A stretch of DNA of 63,181 nucleotides, counting the filler. It is 5 parts of 5 records of this genome, joined end to end, with 100 filler letters (N's around TTAATTAATTAA, not from the genome) between each part and the next. Parts side by side here need not be neighbours in the genome. Positions count along the whole stretch, not along the records: positions 15,860 to 29,869 come from SRR20825019_3118; positions 29,970 to 42,105 come from SRR20825019_3119; 3 more parts are not named here. One strand, 5' to 3'. Numbering within the stretch: position 1 is the first letter of the stretch; every line of letters begins with the position of its first letter. Below are positions 24,070 through 34,539 of the stretch, piece after piece. Made by a program: the position numbers and the translations under genes. Below the pieces are notes generated by a model that was not told where the DNA came from, searched no databases, and worked only from the letters and a program-made list of their open reading frames with translations.

Positions 24070-24780
24070 AGTAGCGGGGCCGGGCCCAATAGTACCCGAA
24101 GGATGAACAAACACTCAACTGTAACGTCGCTTGCTGAGGACGAACCGCGTTGGCTAAGGGCACCAAGCGGCGCCGGCCCAAGCGGCCCATGCCCGCCGGA
24201 CGTGACCCTCCATCGGGACACTAGCCAAGTCGGTCCGCTCAGGCGAGGACCTCGGTCGTCCGGTCCGGCCCGAGGCGGCGCGCCGGCCGCGCTCCACCAC
24301 TCCTGGTGCGCGGTGGGCGGCCGCCCGGCCGGCGGCCCTCGTGCCCAATCCGGCAGACCGTCGTCTGCGCACGGGCAGGCCGCGCCTGGGGGTCCGGCAA
24401 GGAAGCCGTTCCCGCCAAAATTAACCAACAAACTATTTTCTCCCCATTTGGGATGTTTACTGTCAATTCACTATATCTAGATTTAGTGTTACAAGAAATG
24501 ATTATGTTGGGGCCGTTATGGAGCCACTTCACGCGCTGTCTCGCCAGCCGGCACGGTGCGTGATTGATTCGCGCGGGTTGTTCCGACTGGCAGTGAACAA
24601 GACCCCGCCGTTATGCGCCCTTAGTTAGTTCGCAGTGCAACCCAATAGAGCAAGTTCAATGGTCTATGATGATGACCAGCCGGGGGAGGGGTCGGCCGGG
24701 CTACGAACGTAGTGGCTGGAACTAAGCGGAGCACTGCGAGGCGGGACTCGGCAGGCGTGCGTGTGCCTGCCCGGCAATAG
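24070..24780. promoter_or_regulatory. GC-rich divergent promoter island with AT-rich core (GCP6 / LRR-IQ gene)
   Basis: GC-rich ~24150-24415 and AT-rich core 24416-24510; head-to-head genes. Confidence 0.55.
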
Positions 24781-24902
24781 TACCTACTCTTGGTTTGTTC
24801 TAATCCTCATAATATGTATGTAACTTTCTCAATCGTGGAAATCGAAGTGCGGACGCCTTTGTATCATGTGTATGAGTGTATAGACCTGGGACTTCGTGTG
24901 GG

Positions 24903-27900
24903 ATGGAAGGGATAGTTAAGTTAGCGAAGGAAGACCAGCTCGCTGTAGCAAATCTGCGAGGATTTAAGTCTCGTTGCGGAAATGCAGGAGCAACTACACT
25001 GGCTCATGTTCTCAAGGAGAACATGTCAATACATTCACTCTTGATTGATGACTGCGATATAACAGATGTGGGCATGCAACACTTACTTAACACAATTGCC
25101 ATGAATGCTACATTGCAAAGCATTAGCATCGGAGGCAATGACTTGAGTTTAGAGTGCATTGAAAAGTTTTTCTCGGCAGTGAGAAGCTCGGCGATCCGCG
25201 ACATATCCTTATCAAACGCTCCCCAAGGCACCCTTGACTATTTTATCAAGAATGCGGTGTCAAATAATAATATCAGGACTTTTGACTATAGTGAGAATCG
25301 ACTCAGTCTTGAGGAAACACAGAAGATTGCATCGATGCTCAAAGGAGAGCAGGGGGGCATCATCTCTGTGGAACATCTAAACCTCTCTTCATGTGGCCTT
25401 GGAGATGCTGGCATAACTGCTTTGTCAGAAGCACTTCCGCGATGCAACACTTTGAAGGTGTTGAATATATTCGAAAACGGTATTACCGACGAAGGTGGCC
25501 AACGCCTGCTCAATCAAATCAGGACGGCGGCTCTGGTGTCCGGTGTTCACGGGGTATAATGCATGCATATCTGAATGGGACCAAGTCTGACTGCTAGAGC
25601 AGGGTGGCATGCAGAAGATTATTCTCGCCAATAATATGATTTCGGATGAGCTGGCGACAGAGATTGCTGTGGCTGTTGTCCCAGTCACTGAGACTGCTCC
25701 AGCAAATGATGAGGTATGACTTTTTCTGCTATGGGCGCTAGGTAGCACTTGTCTAAGTGTTCCCCACAGGATATGATAGTTGATGAGGAGTTCAAGCGGC
25801 AAATTAGACAGGCTCTGCCAAATCAGAATCAAAAAAAGCAGGCTCTCAAAGCTATTACTGCGGTAAGACCTCAGCGGCAAGACACATTCAATATTTATCG
25901 TCCAGAACTCTACGAAAACATGGGTAAGGGCCGCTGCGCTGGGCATGTCGTTGAGAGAAATATTCTAACTATAAGCAGTTCGCGAACTTTCTGCTACGAT
26001 CATTCAAGCCAACTTCCGAGGATTCAGAATGAGGAGATTGCTAGGGGCAAAAGCCAAGCCGACCACCAGTATAGAAGTTTCTACGGTAGCATCGGTTCAC
26101 TATGAGACCCCTGTAAGCAACAGCTTGGGCCATTCTTTAGTGTCTCACCTTTCTCTTCAGCAACCGAATTTCGTCTACACCAGCGACGGACGCGTAGTCG
26201 CCAATATGAACAAACAAAACCATCGTTCAGTCATACGAGACCGTGTGGTCAAGGATTATGCGGCTGTTGTGATTCAGGCTGAGTTCCGCAGGGCTCTAGC
26301 TGCCAAGGAGACCAAGAAGCACCATGTTGCCAAAGATATTCAGCGCATGTACCGTGGTCACAGGGCGCGAAAAGATCCCAAAATAGCAGCATTGCGCAGC
26401 AAAAGGGAATCTAAGAGCAGGAAATCTGAATTCGAAGACCTCAACAAAGCCGCCATGAAAATTCAGTCTCGGGCAAGAGGTTATCTTCAAAGGCAACGAA
26501 CTCAACCAAAACCTCTGGTCGAAGAGGAGGAAGTGATAGATCCTAGCCATGAGCCTTCGGCAGTTAAAATTCAAAGCGCGTTCAGGCAGCGACAGGCTAA
26601 GACCAAGGTTGATAATATACGTCAACAGCATGCAGCTGCGACCAAAGTCCAGGTATGTTCTGATAATCTTGGGTTGTGGATGGTTACTCAAACGAATTGT
26701 TACAGAGTGGTTTTCGCGGAATGCAGGCGCGGAAAGAAGCTCGGCGCCGAAGATTCTTGACTGAAGAAACTACCGATAAACATGAACTCGCGATGCAAAA
26801 GGAGGAAATTAAGCAGGCCAAGAAGGAGAAGGCAAAAGCAAAGAAGAAGCAACGATTATTCAGTCCAAAGCCTCGCCCCGAACATCGTCACATGGGGGTG
26901 TTGCCTGGGTGGCGTCAACGCAAAGTATATCAAGGTACGTGAGGTTGACCGAGATGGAAAGGAATGATGGATTGATGGAATCTCGTAGGCGAGGGATCTG
27001 TTCAACCTAACTATGAATCACAAGTTCACTTCTCTCAGTCACCACGGCGCCCCCAGAGCGCCCGTCCGCGAGCTCATGGCGAAAAATTGACCTCGGAGGC
27101 AGAGAAAGGAACGGAATCCGATCAGAAAACCTTAGAAGAATCACGAGAAGAATCACAAGAAGTATCTGAGGATGATGGAGAGGTTGGCGAGGAGGTCGAA
27201 GATTACATCAGCAACGCAAAATTAGACAAGAATGCCAATTTTGAGTTTGATTTTAACGGAGCTTTGGTCTCTCAAGACGGATCCATGTGAGTGTCATCGA
27301 AATTCATTTGTATATTATCCTGCTGTTGACTGGGGTGCATAGTCCTGTCCAAGACACTCCAGTTCCCCATCCGCCATCAATCGGGCGGCAGAGGCCATCT
27401 ACAGCCCCCAGCAACCGCCACCGCCAGGTCAAGGGAGTAGGCATGACACTCTATCATGGGCTGGAGGCTCCTGACAATGAGGATACTGCACTTACACCGA
27501 GGGACGTTCAGCGGTTGAAGCAGGCCAAGAAGAACACATTCTTCGTCAAGGGCCAGGTAGACGTACATGAGGTTGACGAAGTGGCACTCCAAGAAATCGA
27601 CTGGAAGGAGATTCGGGCATATGGGCCCCTCTATGGCAACGATAGGAAATCGAAAAAGAATATGAAAGTTCAGAAGAAGATTTGGCTTGCACAAGAGAAC
27701 AAATGGAATTATCGGCCTTCTTGTCACGACTTGCGCATCCCCGAATACAATTCCCTCCTAGATCCCCACTGTAAGGTTGTAGAGCGACGGCTAGTGGCAA
27801 GGTGAGATATCTGTAGAGGGTGCGCCGATCGAAGTCAAGCCCCTAACTCTTATCAAAAAGGCATGTTAGGAGATCACGCCGAAGCGATCTGCTCCCTCCT

Positions 27901-28859
27901 GCGGCCTTTGTGCACGCAAACAGGACATTGGCGCGAGAGGCAATTCCCAATGACTATGAGTCAAAGGAAAAGCGCGCCATGATGGCGAAGAAAAAGCGTG
28001 AAACAACGGGCGCAAAGGTTCCAAGCCTCAAGATTCCTAACATGGGTCGGTCGTCAGGTAAGCGCTTTACATCAGTTAAGTTACAAAACCTGACCCCCGA
28101 ATAGCATCTCAATATTCTGGGCGTTCCCAAACCGCACGTGCTTCAACACGGGCCAGTACAAGCCAACTGGATGATCCCATGCAGGACACCTTTGATCTGT
28201 CATGCAAAAAGCTAGAAGACTTGTGGGACAGTACCATGTACCCTGAAGATGAGCGTCAAAAGTTCAGGGATTCGTACTTCGGCGAAAGAAACCCTATTAG
28301 CACCGCCAAGGTTCTACTGCAGGTGGATCAATTCCAGCGGCTGGTGAACAAAACAGAAGAAATATACCGTGCCATCCACACCAGAGAGCAACTTCTGGAG
28401 ATCCTGGAAAGCGATCGTTCATCCGATGAACTCAAAAAGGAGGCCAGTGATCAATTAGCGGACCTCTCTGAACTCATAGCGACCGAGATCACGGAATGGA
28501 AGAAGGTGGTGTTTTGGAACGAGTATGGTTTCTTATACAATGGCAAGGAATACAGCGAGAAGATTAGAGAGGATGCAGAGCGACTTGCTCCCGAAGGAGG
28601 AATGTATGAAGACACCTTTGAGCAGGAGGATGACGGGGAGGGGGACAACGACGCAGAAAATGCAGATGCCAACATCAACGAGTCTGTAGATGATGAAAAT
28701 GCAAGCCCGACAAAATCTCCTGCCAGGCCTCGGCTCACTCACGAAACGCTGGCATGCCATGAACGCCAGGCTAAGCGACACATGGAAGTGATGAAGATGG
28801 ACGCAATTCAAGGCGTAACAGAGGAGGCATCGGTGCGACTCCAAAAACTCAAGGTATGA
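24903..28859 (+). CDS. Multi-exon protein with RanGAP/RI-type LRRs, ~6 IQ calmodulin-binding motifs, a low-complexity middle and a helical C-terminal domain
   Basis: LRRs (LNLSSCGLGDAG, LNIFENGITDEG). IQ motifs IQANFRGFRMRR, IQAEFRRALAAK, IQRMYRGHRARK, IQSRARGYLQRQ, IQSAFRQRQAKT and VQ/SGFRGMQARK. Short GT-AG introns (e.g. 25714-25769, 26113-26160, 27287-27342, 27802-27860) link the ORF fragments. The start codon and some junctions are uncertain. Confidence 0.65.
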
Positions 28860-29146
28860 GATTGAATAATGGCGGAGGCCGGGACTCCGATGCATGAAGA
28901 AACTAACATAACTCGATTCGTTCTCAGGTTGGCCGCAGAGCCAAGGAGAGAATGCTCAAGGATGCCATAGCGACCAATCATCGGTGGACCGTGTATAGCA
29001 TGCAGGAGTACAGACCCAGCATTCTCCACCTGCGCGGTCGTCGCATGGGGGCTCCTACAACCAAGTTCTCCAAATAACCTGACGTTGGATTGTGGGATAT
29101 CACACTGCGCAATTCAGATGGCAGCATTCACAAGAATTGTCAAGAA

Positions 29147-29812
29147 TTACTCCAGGAATGGAGGGGGCTCGGCCATGACAATGTGAGCTGTTTCGTAAAC
29201 CAAGAATACAACGGAATGGATAGGGAACGCACGGAGCAACGTGGGCACAATGCCTCGATACAGTGCTGCAATACCCTCGGACCTCACTATCTTCACTAGA
29301 CAGTCAAGCGGGCCCTGGAACTCTTTGGTTGTGCGGTGTGCCTCTCTCTGCAACCGCGTCTTGACACAGTCAATGGGAAATATGGCAAGCCACGTCAGCA
29401 TGCCGCTCACGCCTCCACTCAAGAAAGAAGAGACTAGCCCTGCTGTGGACCCCGCCTCCCCTCCCTGCCAAAACTGCCTAGTCACCTCGTAGATGGCAAA
29501 GTATACGCCACTACCCACACCATCCCTGATTGCGTTTAAACTGAAGCCATGGTACATTCCCCTTATCCCAAACTGCCTCAGTTGACCCCTAACGACCACG
29601 AGTGGGGATACTGTCTCTGTTGCCACACCAGCCGTTGTAGTCTCCTTGTGCAGCTGGAGTTGAATCTTGGTGAGCTCTAGGGGGCAGGTGGCCCAGGATG
29701 TGGCGAGGCCTCCCGCAACACCAGCAAAGAAGGATACCCGCACTCCATCGAGCCCACCTCGTTTCCCTGGCTCCTCTGTAGAACCTAACGCCGCTCTTGT
29801 CCGCTCATACAC
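29147..29812 (-). CDS. Mitochondrial carrier family (SLC25) protein, last exon only (5'-truncated)
   Basis: Px[DE]xxKxxxQ signatures PLELTKIQLQ and PIDCVKTRLQ, plus EGIAALYRG. Preceded by an intron acceptor CTGATCATAG. Confidence 0.9.
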   Translation of the reverse strand: MYERTRAALGSTEEPGKRGGLDGVRVSFFAGVAGGLATSWATCPLELTKIQLQLHKETTTAGVATETVSPLVVVRGQLRQFGIRGMYHGFSLNAIRDGVGSGVYFAIYEVTRQFWQGGEAGSTAGLVSSFLSGGVSGMLTWLAIFPIDCVKTRLQREAHRTTKEFQGPLDCLVKIVRSEGIAALYRGIVPTLLRAFPIHSVVFLVYETAHIVMAEPPPFLE

Positions 29813-29869
29813 CTATGATCACAGTAAGAAGTCGCTACGCTAGCGCCGGGGGGGGGGGGGGGGGGGGGG

Positions 29870-29969
29870 NNNNNNNNNNNNNNNNNNNNNNNNNNNNNNN
29901 NNNNNNNNNNNNNTTAATTAATTAANNNNNNNNNNNNNNNNNNNNNNNNNNNNNNNNNNNNNNNNNNNN
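29870..29969. other. Artificial contig-joining linker
   Basis: Same 44N-TTAATTAATTAA-44N spacer. Confidence 0.98.
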
Positions 29970-31073
29970 ATTGAGGTCGTGGCCGGTCGTAAAAACCAGC
30001 GTAGAAGCCACACCGCGCAGTGTCAGCGGCAGCTCGAAATCAGCCGCCGCCGCCGTGGCGGAGGTAACACCGGGGACAACTTCATAGGAAATACCGGCTG
30101 CTCTAAGCGCTGCCATCTCCTCTCCGGCACGCCCGAAGACCAGAGGATCGCCAGATTTCAGACGGACAACACGCTTCCCCTGCCTGGCGAGATCAACCAA
30201 AAGGTCATTGATTTCGTTTTGAGATTTTGAATGGCAATTCTTGCGTTTCCCGACAGCAAGACGCTCCGCATCGCGCCGTCCCATATCGACCACAGCCTGT
30301 GGTACGAGAGCATCATGGGCGATAACATCGGCCTCCATCAAAAGGCGATGGGCACGGATGGTCAGGAGATCTTCGGCTCCCGGCCCCGCCCCCACCAGAG
30401 CCACATGGCCGCTCACACCGGCACCATCAGCCAGGATTTCGTCCGCCAGGCACTCCGCCTCAACCATTCGACCGCGCTCAACAGCCGCTGCCACAGAACC
30501 GTTGAAAAAACGGGACCAGAAAGCCCGCCGTGGGCTGCCTCGCGGAATGTGCCCATCAACCTTGTCGCGCAGGCTGTTGGCAAGTCGAGCCAATTGCCCG
30601 AGAGAACGCGGCAGCATGGTATCGATCTTCGAGCGGATCAGCTGCGCCAGTACTGGGCCGGCCCCCTCCGTGCCGATGGCAACGGCAATCGGGGGACGGG
30701 TGACAAGTGCCGGCGTGTAAAAGTCGCATTCATCTTTCTGATCGACCGCATTAACGGGGATTGCGTGTGCCCGTGCTGCCTCGGAAATGTGACGATCAAG
30801 CGCAGCATCGCCAGTGGCCGCAAAAACCAGCACCGCACCATCAAGGTGATCGTCTATGAATGATACCTCAACCAGCGTGTGACCGTTTTCACTCAGAAAG
30901 GCTGCATAATCGGCTTGCGGCGCGTCGGCATAGGCAAATATCCGTGCGCTGGTTTTCGCAATCAGCCGGGCTTTGGCATAGGCCTCATCGCCATTGCCGA
31001 AAATGGCGATTTTTTTTCCATCGACCCGAAAAAACGCAGGGAATGTTGTCAACAGTTCTTCGTTCGCGACCAT
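29970..31073 (-). CDS. cysG: Siroheme synthase (3'-truncated)
   Basis: N-terminal dehydrogenase/ferrochelatase domain (VNAVD..CDFYTPA, AIGTEGAGP) plus SUMT domain (VGAGPG, RLKSGDPLVFGRAGEE, VVPGVTS). Likely start ATG 31073 after AAGGA. Confidence 0.93.
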
Positions 31074-31293
31074 TTTAACCCAGTCCTTCTCAAGATTGAG
31101 GGAATGATCATTGTTTTGACTAAGGAATTGAAGAAACGAAAATGCGCGCACATCAGTTCAGGCACATTTCATTCCTCAATTTTTCGAGGGTCAGGGCAAA
31201 TTTAACCGGTATTCAAAAATACCTGCCGCTTGCAAGGCTGTGTGGAAGGTCGTTTACTCGATCAAACAAAATGTCGAGGCATGGGGAAGATGA

Positions 31294-31881
31294 ATGAACG
31301 ATACTTTTCTGACAGACAGGCTCTTAAGCGTAATTGAAGAGGATATTCTTCCGCTGACCATGAGAGGCGTCACAAAAGGCAACAAGGTTTTTGGAGCTGC
31401 CATACTTCGCAAATCGGACCTGTCGCTGATCATCGCCGGAACGAATGACGAAACCTCCAATCCGCTTTGGCATGGCGAGGTGCATACGCTGAAGCAATTT
31501 TACGATTTGCCCAAGCGACCGGAGACAAAGGAGCTCTTGTTTCTGACAACGCATGAACCCTGCACGATGTGCATGTCAGCGATCACCTGGGCGGGATTTG
31601 ATAACTATTTCTATTTCTTCAGCCACGAGGATTCGCGTGACAGTTTTGCTATTCCCCATGATCTGAAAATCATGAAAGAGCTTTACGGGCTGGAGCCGGG
31701 CGGCTATCGCCGTCAAAACACCTTCTTCAGCGCTCGATCTATCACCGAAATGGCACTCGCTGCCGACGAGCAGACAAAGAGTGACTTTGTTGATCGTATC
31801 GCAAAAATCAAAGCAACCTACGCCCTTGCCTCTCAAACTTACCAGTCGCATAAAGACGAAGCCGGTATACCGCTCAACTGA
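31294..31881 (+). CDS. Nucleoside/purine deaminase (CDA-like zinc fold)
   Basis: HGE...EPCTMC zinc-binding motif. Confidence 0.85.
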   Translation: MNDTFLTDRLLSVIEEDILPLTMRGVTKGNKVFGAAILRKSDLSLIIAGTNDETSNPLWHGEVHTLKQFYDLPKRPETKELLFLTTHEPCTMCMSAITWAGFDNYFYFFSHEDSRDSFAIPHDLKIMKELYGLEPGGYRRQNTFFSARSITEMALAADEQTKSDFVDRIAKIKATYALASQTYQSHKDEAGIPLN

Positions 31882-31914
31882 TATCCGCCATTTTAAAAAG
31901 ACCGGAGGCCGCCT

Positions 31915-32748
31915 TTGGAACCTTCAAACGACATCATCCGCCTTCTCGAAATCATGGCCGCTTTGCGCGCCCCTGAAACCGGCTGTCCGTGGGATATCAA
32001 ACAGTCGTTTGAAACCATCAAACCCTACACGATCGAGGAAGCTTACGAAGTCGCGGACGCAATCGAGCGCAATGATCTCGATGACCTTTGCGATGAACTG
32101 GGCGATCTTTTGCTTCAGGTGGTGTTCCATGCACGTATGGCGGAAGAAATCGGCGCATTTTCCTTTGGTGATGTTGTCCATGCAGTGACGTCGAAAATGA
32201 TCCGCCGGCATCCGCATGTCTTCGGATCTCATGATGCAGATACGCCGGATGCGGTGAAGAAACAGTGGGATGAAATCAAACGCGAAGAAAAGGCAGCGCG
32301 CGCGGAGCGACGTGCCAGGCGTGGACTGACGGAAGACTTCAAAGACGGGTATCTGGGTGGCGTTCAGCGCACCTTCCCGGCCTTTACAGAAGCGTTGAAA
32401 CTTCAAGAACATGCAGCGCGTGTCGGATTTGACTGGTCCGAACCAGAACCCATTCTGGACAAATTCGAAGAGGAAATCGGCGAATTGCGACAAGCCCTTC
32501 AATCCGGTGACAAGTCGGCTGTATCCGATGAGCTTGGCGACATGATCTTTGCGGCTGTAAACCTGGCGCGCCACACCAAGACGGACCCTGAACAGGCTCT
32601 ACGCGGAACAAATACAAAATTCCGCAGACGATTCAAACATATAGAGAATACTTTGAATAAAGAAGGCGAAGATATAAACAAGGCAACGCTGGAGCGGATG
32701 GAAACGCTCTGGCAGGATGCAAAGGCGATTGAACGTCAATTGGACTGA
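31915..32748 (+). CDS. mazG: Nucleoside triphosphate pyrophosphohydrolase MazG
   Basis: GCPWD, IEEAYEVADAI, DELGDLLLQVVFH and a second EEIGE/DELGD domain. TTG start after GGAGG. Confidence 0.95.
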   Translation: MEPSNDIIRLLEIMAALRAPETGCPWDIKQSFETIKPYTIEEAYEVADAIERNDLDDLCDELGDLLLQVVFHARMAEEIGAFSFGDVVHAVTSKMIRRHPHVFGSHDADTPDAVKKQWDEIKREEKAARAERRARRGLTEDFKDGYLGGVQRTFPAFTEALKLQEHAARVGFDWSEPEPILDKFEEEIGELRQALQSGDKSAVSDELGDMIFAAVNLARHTKTDPEQALRGTNTKFRRRFKHIENTLNKEGEDINKATLERMETLWQDAKAIERQLD

Positions 32749-32764
32749 TGGGGGGGATGCTGCT

Positions 32765-34111
32765 CTACCCCGAAAGCATACTTTCCAAACGCTGCGATTC
32801 TGATTCCGGCAAGCGAATAACGAGGCTAACCGAACCATCGTCTTCATCACGCCGCTCATCAACAAGCGCGTGTTCATAAATCCATGGCAGAAGCTGTAAC
32901 TGATGCGGTGACAGCATGATCGTCGTTTCAGTCAGCACGCCGGCAAGGCGCGCCGCAATCACATCCATCAGTTCGGAAACACCCTCTCCCGTAACGGCAG
33001 AAACGCCCATGACGTTTTCATTTACCGATGCCCGCTCCATCAGCGCGTCATGTTCTTCCTTGTCCAACAGATCAAGTTTGTTCCAGACCTCAATGATACG
33101 CTCGCCTTGCGTTTTTTCATCAATGCCAAGATCACTCAGGATTCGAAAAACATCATCAGATTGCGCGTCTCGCGCAACGTCTGACATGTCCCGGACATGC
33201 AAGATGAGATCGGCTTCCAGAACTTCTTCCAGCGTCGCACGAAATGCGGCGACCAGATGCGTCGGCAAATCCGAGATAAAACCCACGGTGTCAGACAGAA
33301 TGACGGTGCGACCATGCGGCAGTTTCATGCGCCGAAGCGTTGGGTCAAGGGTCGCAAACAGCATATCTTCGGCAAGAACACCAGCACCGGTAATCCGGTT
33401 GAACAGCGTGGACTTTCCGGCATTGGTATAGCCGACAAGAGCAACAATCGGGTGTGGAACCTTCTTCCGCTTGGAACGGTGTAACTGACGGGTACGAACC
33501 ACCTGTTCCAGTTCGCGCTCCAGCTTGACAATACGCTCACGCAGCATCCGCCGGTCAGCCTCAATCTGGGTTTCGCCAGGCCCCCCCATAAAGCCGCCGC
33601 CACCACGCTGGCGCTCAAGATGGGTCCAACTGCGAACCAGACGGCCGCGCTGATAGTTGAGATGCGCCAGTTCAACCTGAAGTCGCCCTTCCTTGGTGGA
33701 AGCACGATCGCCGAATATCTCGAGAATAAGCCCCGTTCTGTCGATGACTTTCGCCACCCAGGCTTTCTCAAGGTTGCGCTGCTGTACCGGCGTGAGAGGA
33801 TGATCCACAATGACCAGCCCAATATTCTTTTCATCAAGCTGGTGGTCGATATCTTCGATCTTGCCGCCACCGATCAATGTGGCCGGACGTGGATCATTAA
33901 CCGGGATGACCTGTGTTTCCACGATCGTCAATCCGATGGCGCGGGCAAGACCTTCGGCCTCCTGGAGGCGGCTCTCCGGTGCGCGAGAGCTAACAGAAGA
34001 ATCGCCTCCCCGATTACCTCGCCCTGCTTTAAGAACAGGTACAATAATCAGGGTACGGGACGCATCCCGGTTTTCATATTGGCTCTCGAAAGAGTTATTG
34101 TCTTCAGAAAT
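32765..34111 (-). CDS. hflX: Ribosome-splitting GTPase HflX (probable ATT start at 34111)
   Basis: GPGETQIEADRR, GYTNAGKST, FATLDPT, DTVGF and NKLD motifs; directly downstream of hfq. The frame stays open 60 codons upstream of the ORF-track start and includes the conserved RLQEAEGLARAIG. Confidence 0.93.
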   Translation of the reverse strand: MSEDNNSFESQYENRDASRTLIIVPVLKAGRGNRGGDSSVSSRAPESRLQEAEGLARAIGLTIVETQVIPVNDPRPATLIGGGKIEDIDHQLDEKNIGLVIVDHPLTPVQQRNLEKAWVAKVIDRTGLILEIFGDRASTKEGRLQVELAHLNYQRGRLVRSWTHLERQRGGGGFMGGPGETQIEADRRMLRERIVKLERELEQVVRTRQLHRSKRKKVPHPIVALVGYTNAGKSTLFNRITGAGVLAEDMLFATLDPTLRRMKLPHGRTVILSDTVGFISDLPTHLVAAFRATLEEVLEADLILHVRDMSDVARDAQSDDVFRILSDLGIDEKTQGERIIEVWNKLDLLDKEEHDALMERASVNENVMGVSAVTGEGVSELMDVIAARLAGVLTETTIMLSPHQLQLLPWIYEHALVDERRDEDDGSVSLVIRLPESESQRLESMLSG

Positions 34112-34124
34112 GGAAGTTCACCAA

Positions 34125-34367
34125 TCAGGAAGTGCTGTCTTCGGACTCAAACATCTGCACCGGCTGGCTGGGCATGATGGTTGAAATCGCGTGTTTATAG
34201 ACGAGTTGGGAATGTCCGTCACGTCGCAGCAACACACAGAAATTGTCAAAAGATGTGACCACACCAGTCAACTTCACACCGTTGATCAAAAAAATGGTGA
34301 GAGAAATCTTCTGCTTACGTACACAATTGAGAAAGACATCCTGGAGATTCTGAGAACGTTCCGCCAT
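34125..34367 (-). CDS. hfq: RNA chaperone Hfq
   Basis: [14 protein letters not shown]...[10 protein letters not shown]...YKHAISTI. Confidence 0.98.
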   Translation of the reverse strand: MAERSQNLQDVFLNCVRKQKISLTIFLINGVKLTGVVTSFDNFCVLLRRDGHSQLVYKHAISTIMPSQPVQMFESEDSTS

Positions 34368-34539
34368 GGCGCCGATTCTTTCTTACTTTTGCCGACCTTG
34401 GCCGGTTTCGATTTATTATGCGCTGTCTGACACTTCAGCTACAGCTATACGTTTTAGGTTGGTAGCAAATCGTTCGAAGTTCCGCAACGGCCAAAAGACA
34501 CCATCTTGCGTAGCAACCCCTTCAAAACATGTCCCAAAA

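Noticed and set aside
2335..29812. Fragmented ORFs as pseudogenes or an alternative genetic code
   Set aside because: The breaks I traced are resolved by short spliceosomal introns, and TAA, TAG and TGA all serve as terminal stops.
29848..29869. 22-nt poly-G tract as a G-quadruplex or telomere
   Set aside because: It sits at the contig end and is typical of no-signal G calls in two-colour sequencing chemistry.
29147..31073. Eukaryotic genes adjacent to bacterial cysG as horizontal transfer or endosymbiont insertion
   Set aside because: The two are separated by an artificial linker, so there is no physical linkage evidence.
31294..32748. Deaminase + MazG pair as a nucleotide-depletion anti-phage system
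   Set aside because: Full-length two-domain housekeeping MazG in the conserved hflX-cysG core neighbourhood, with no defence-island or mobility context.
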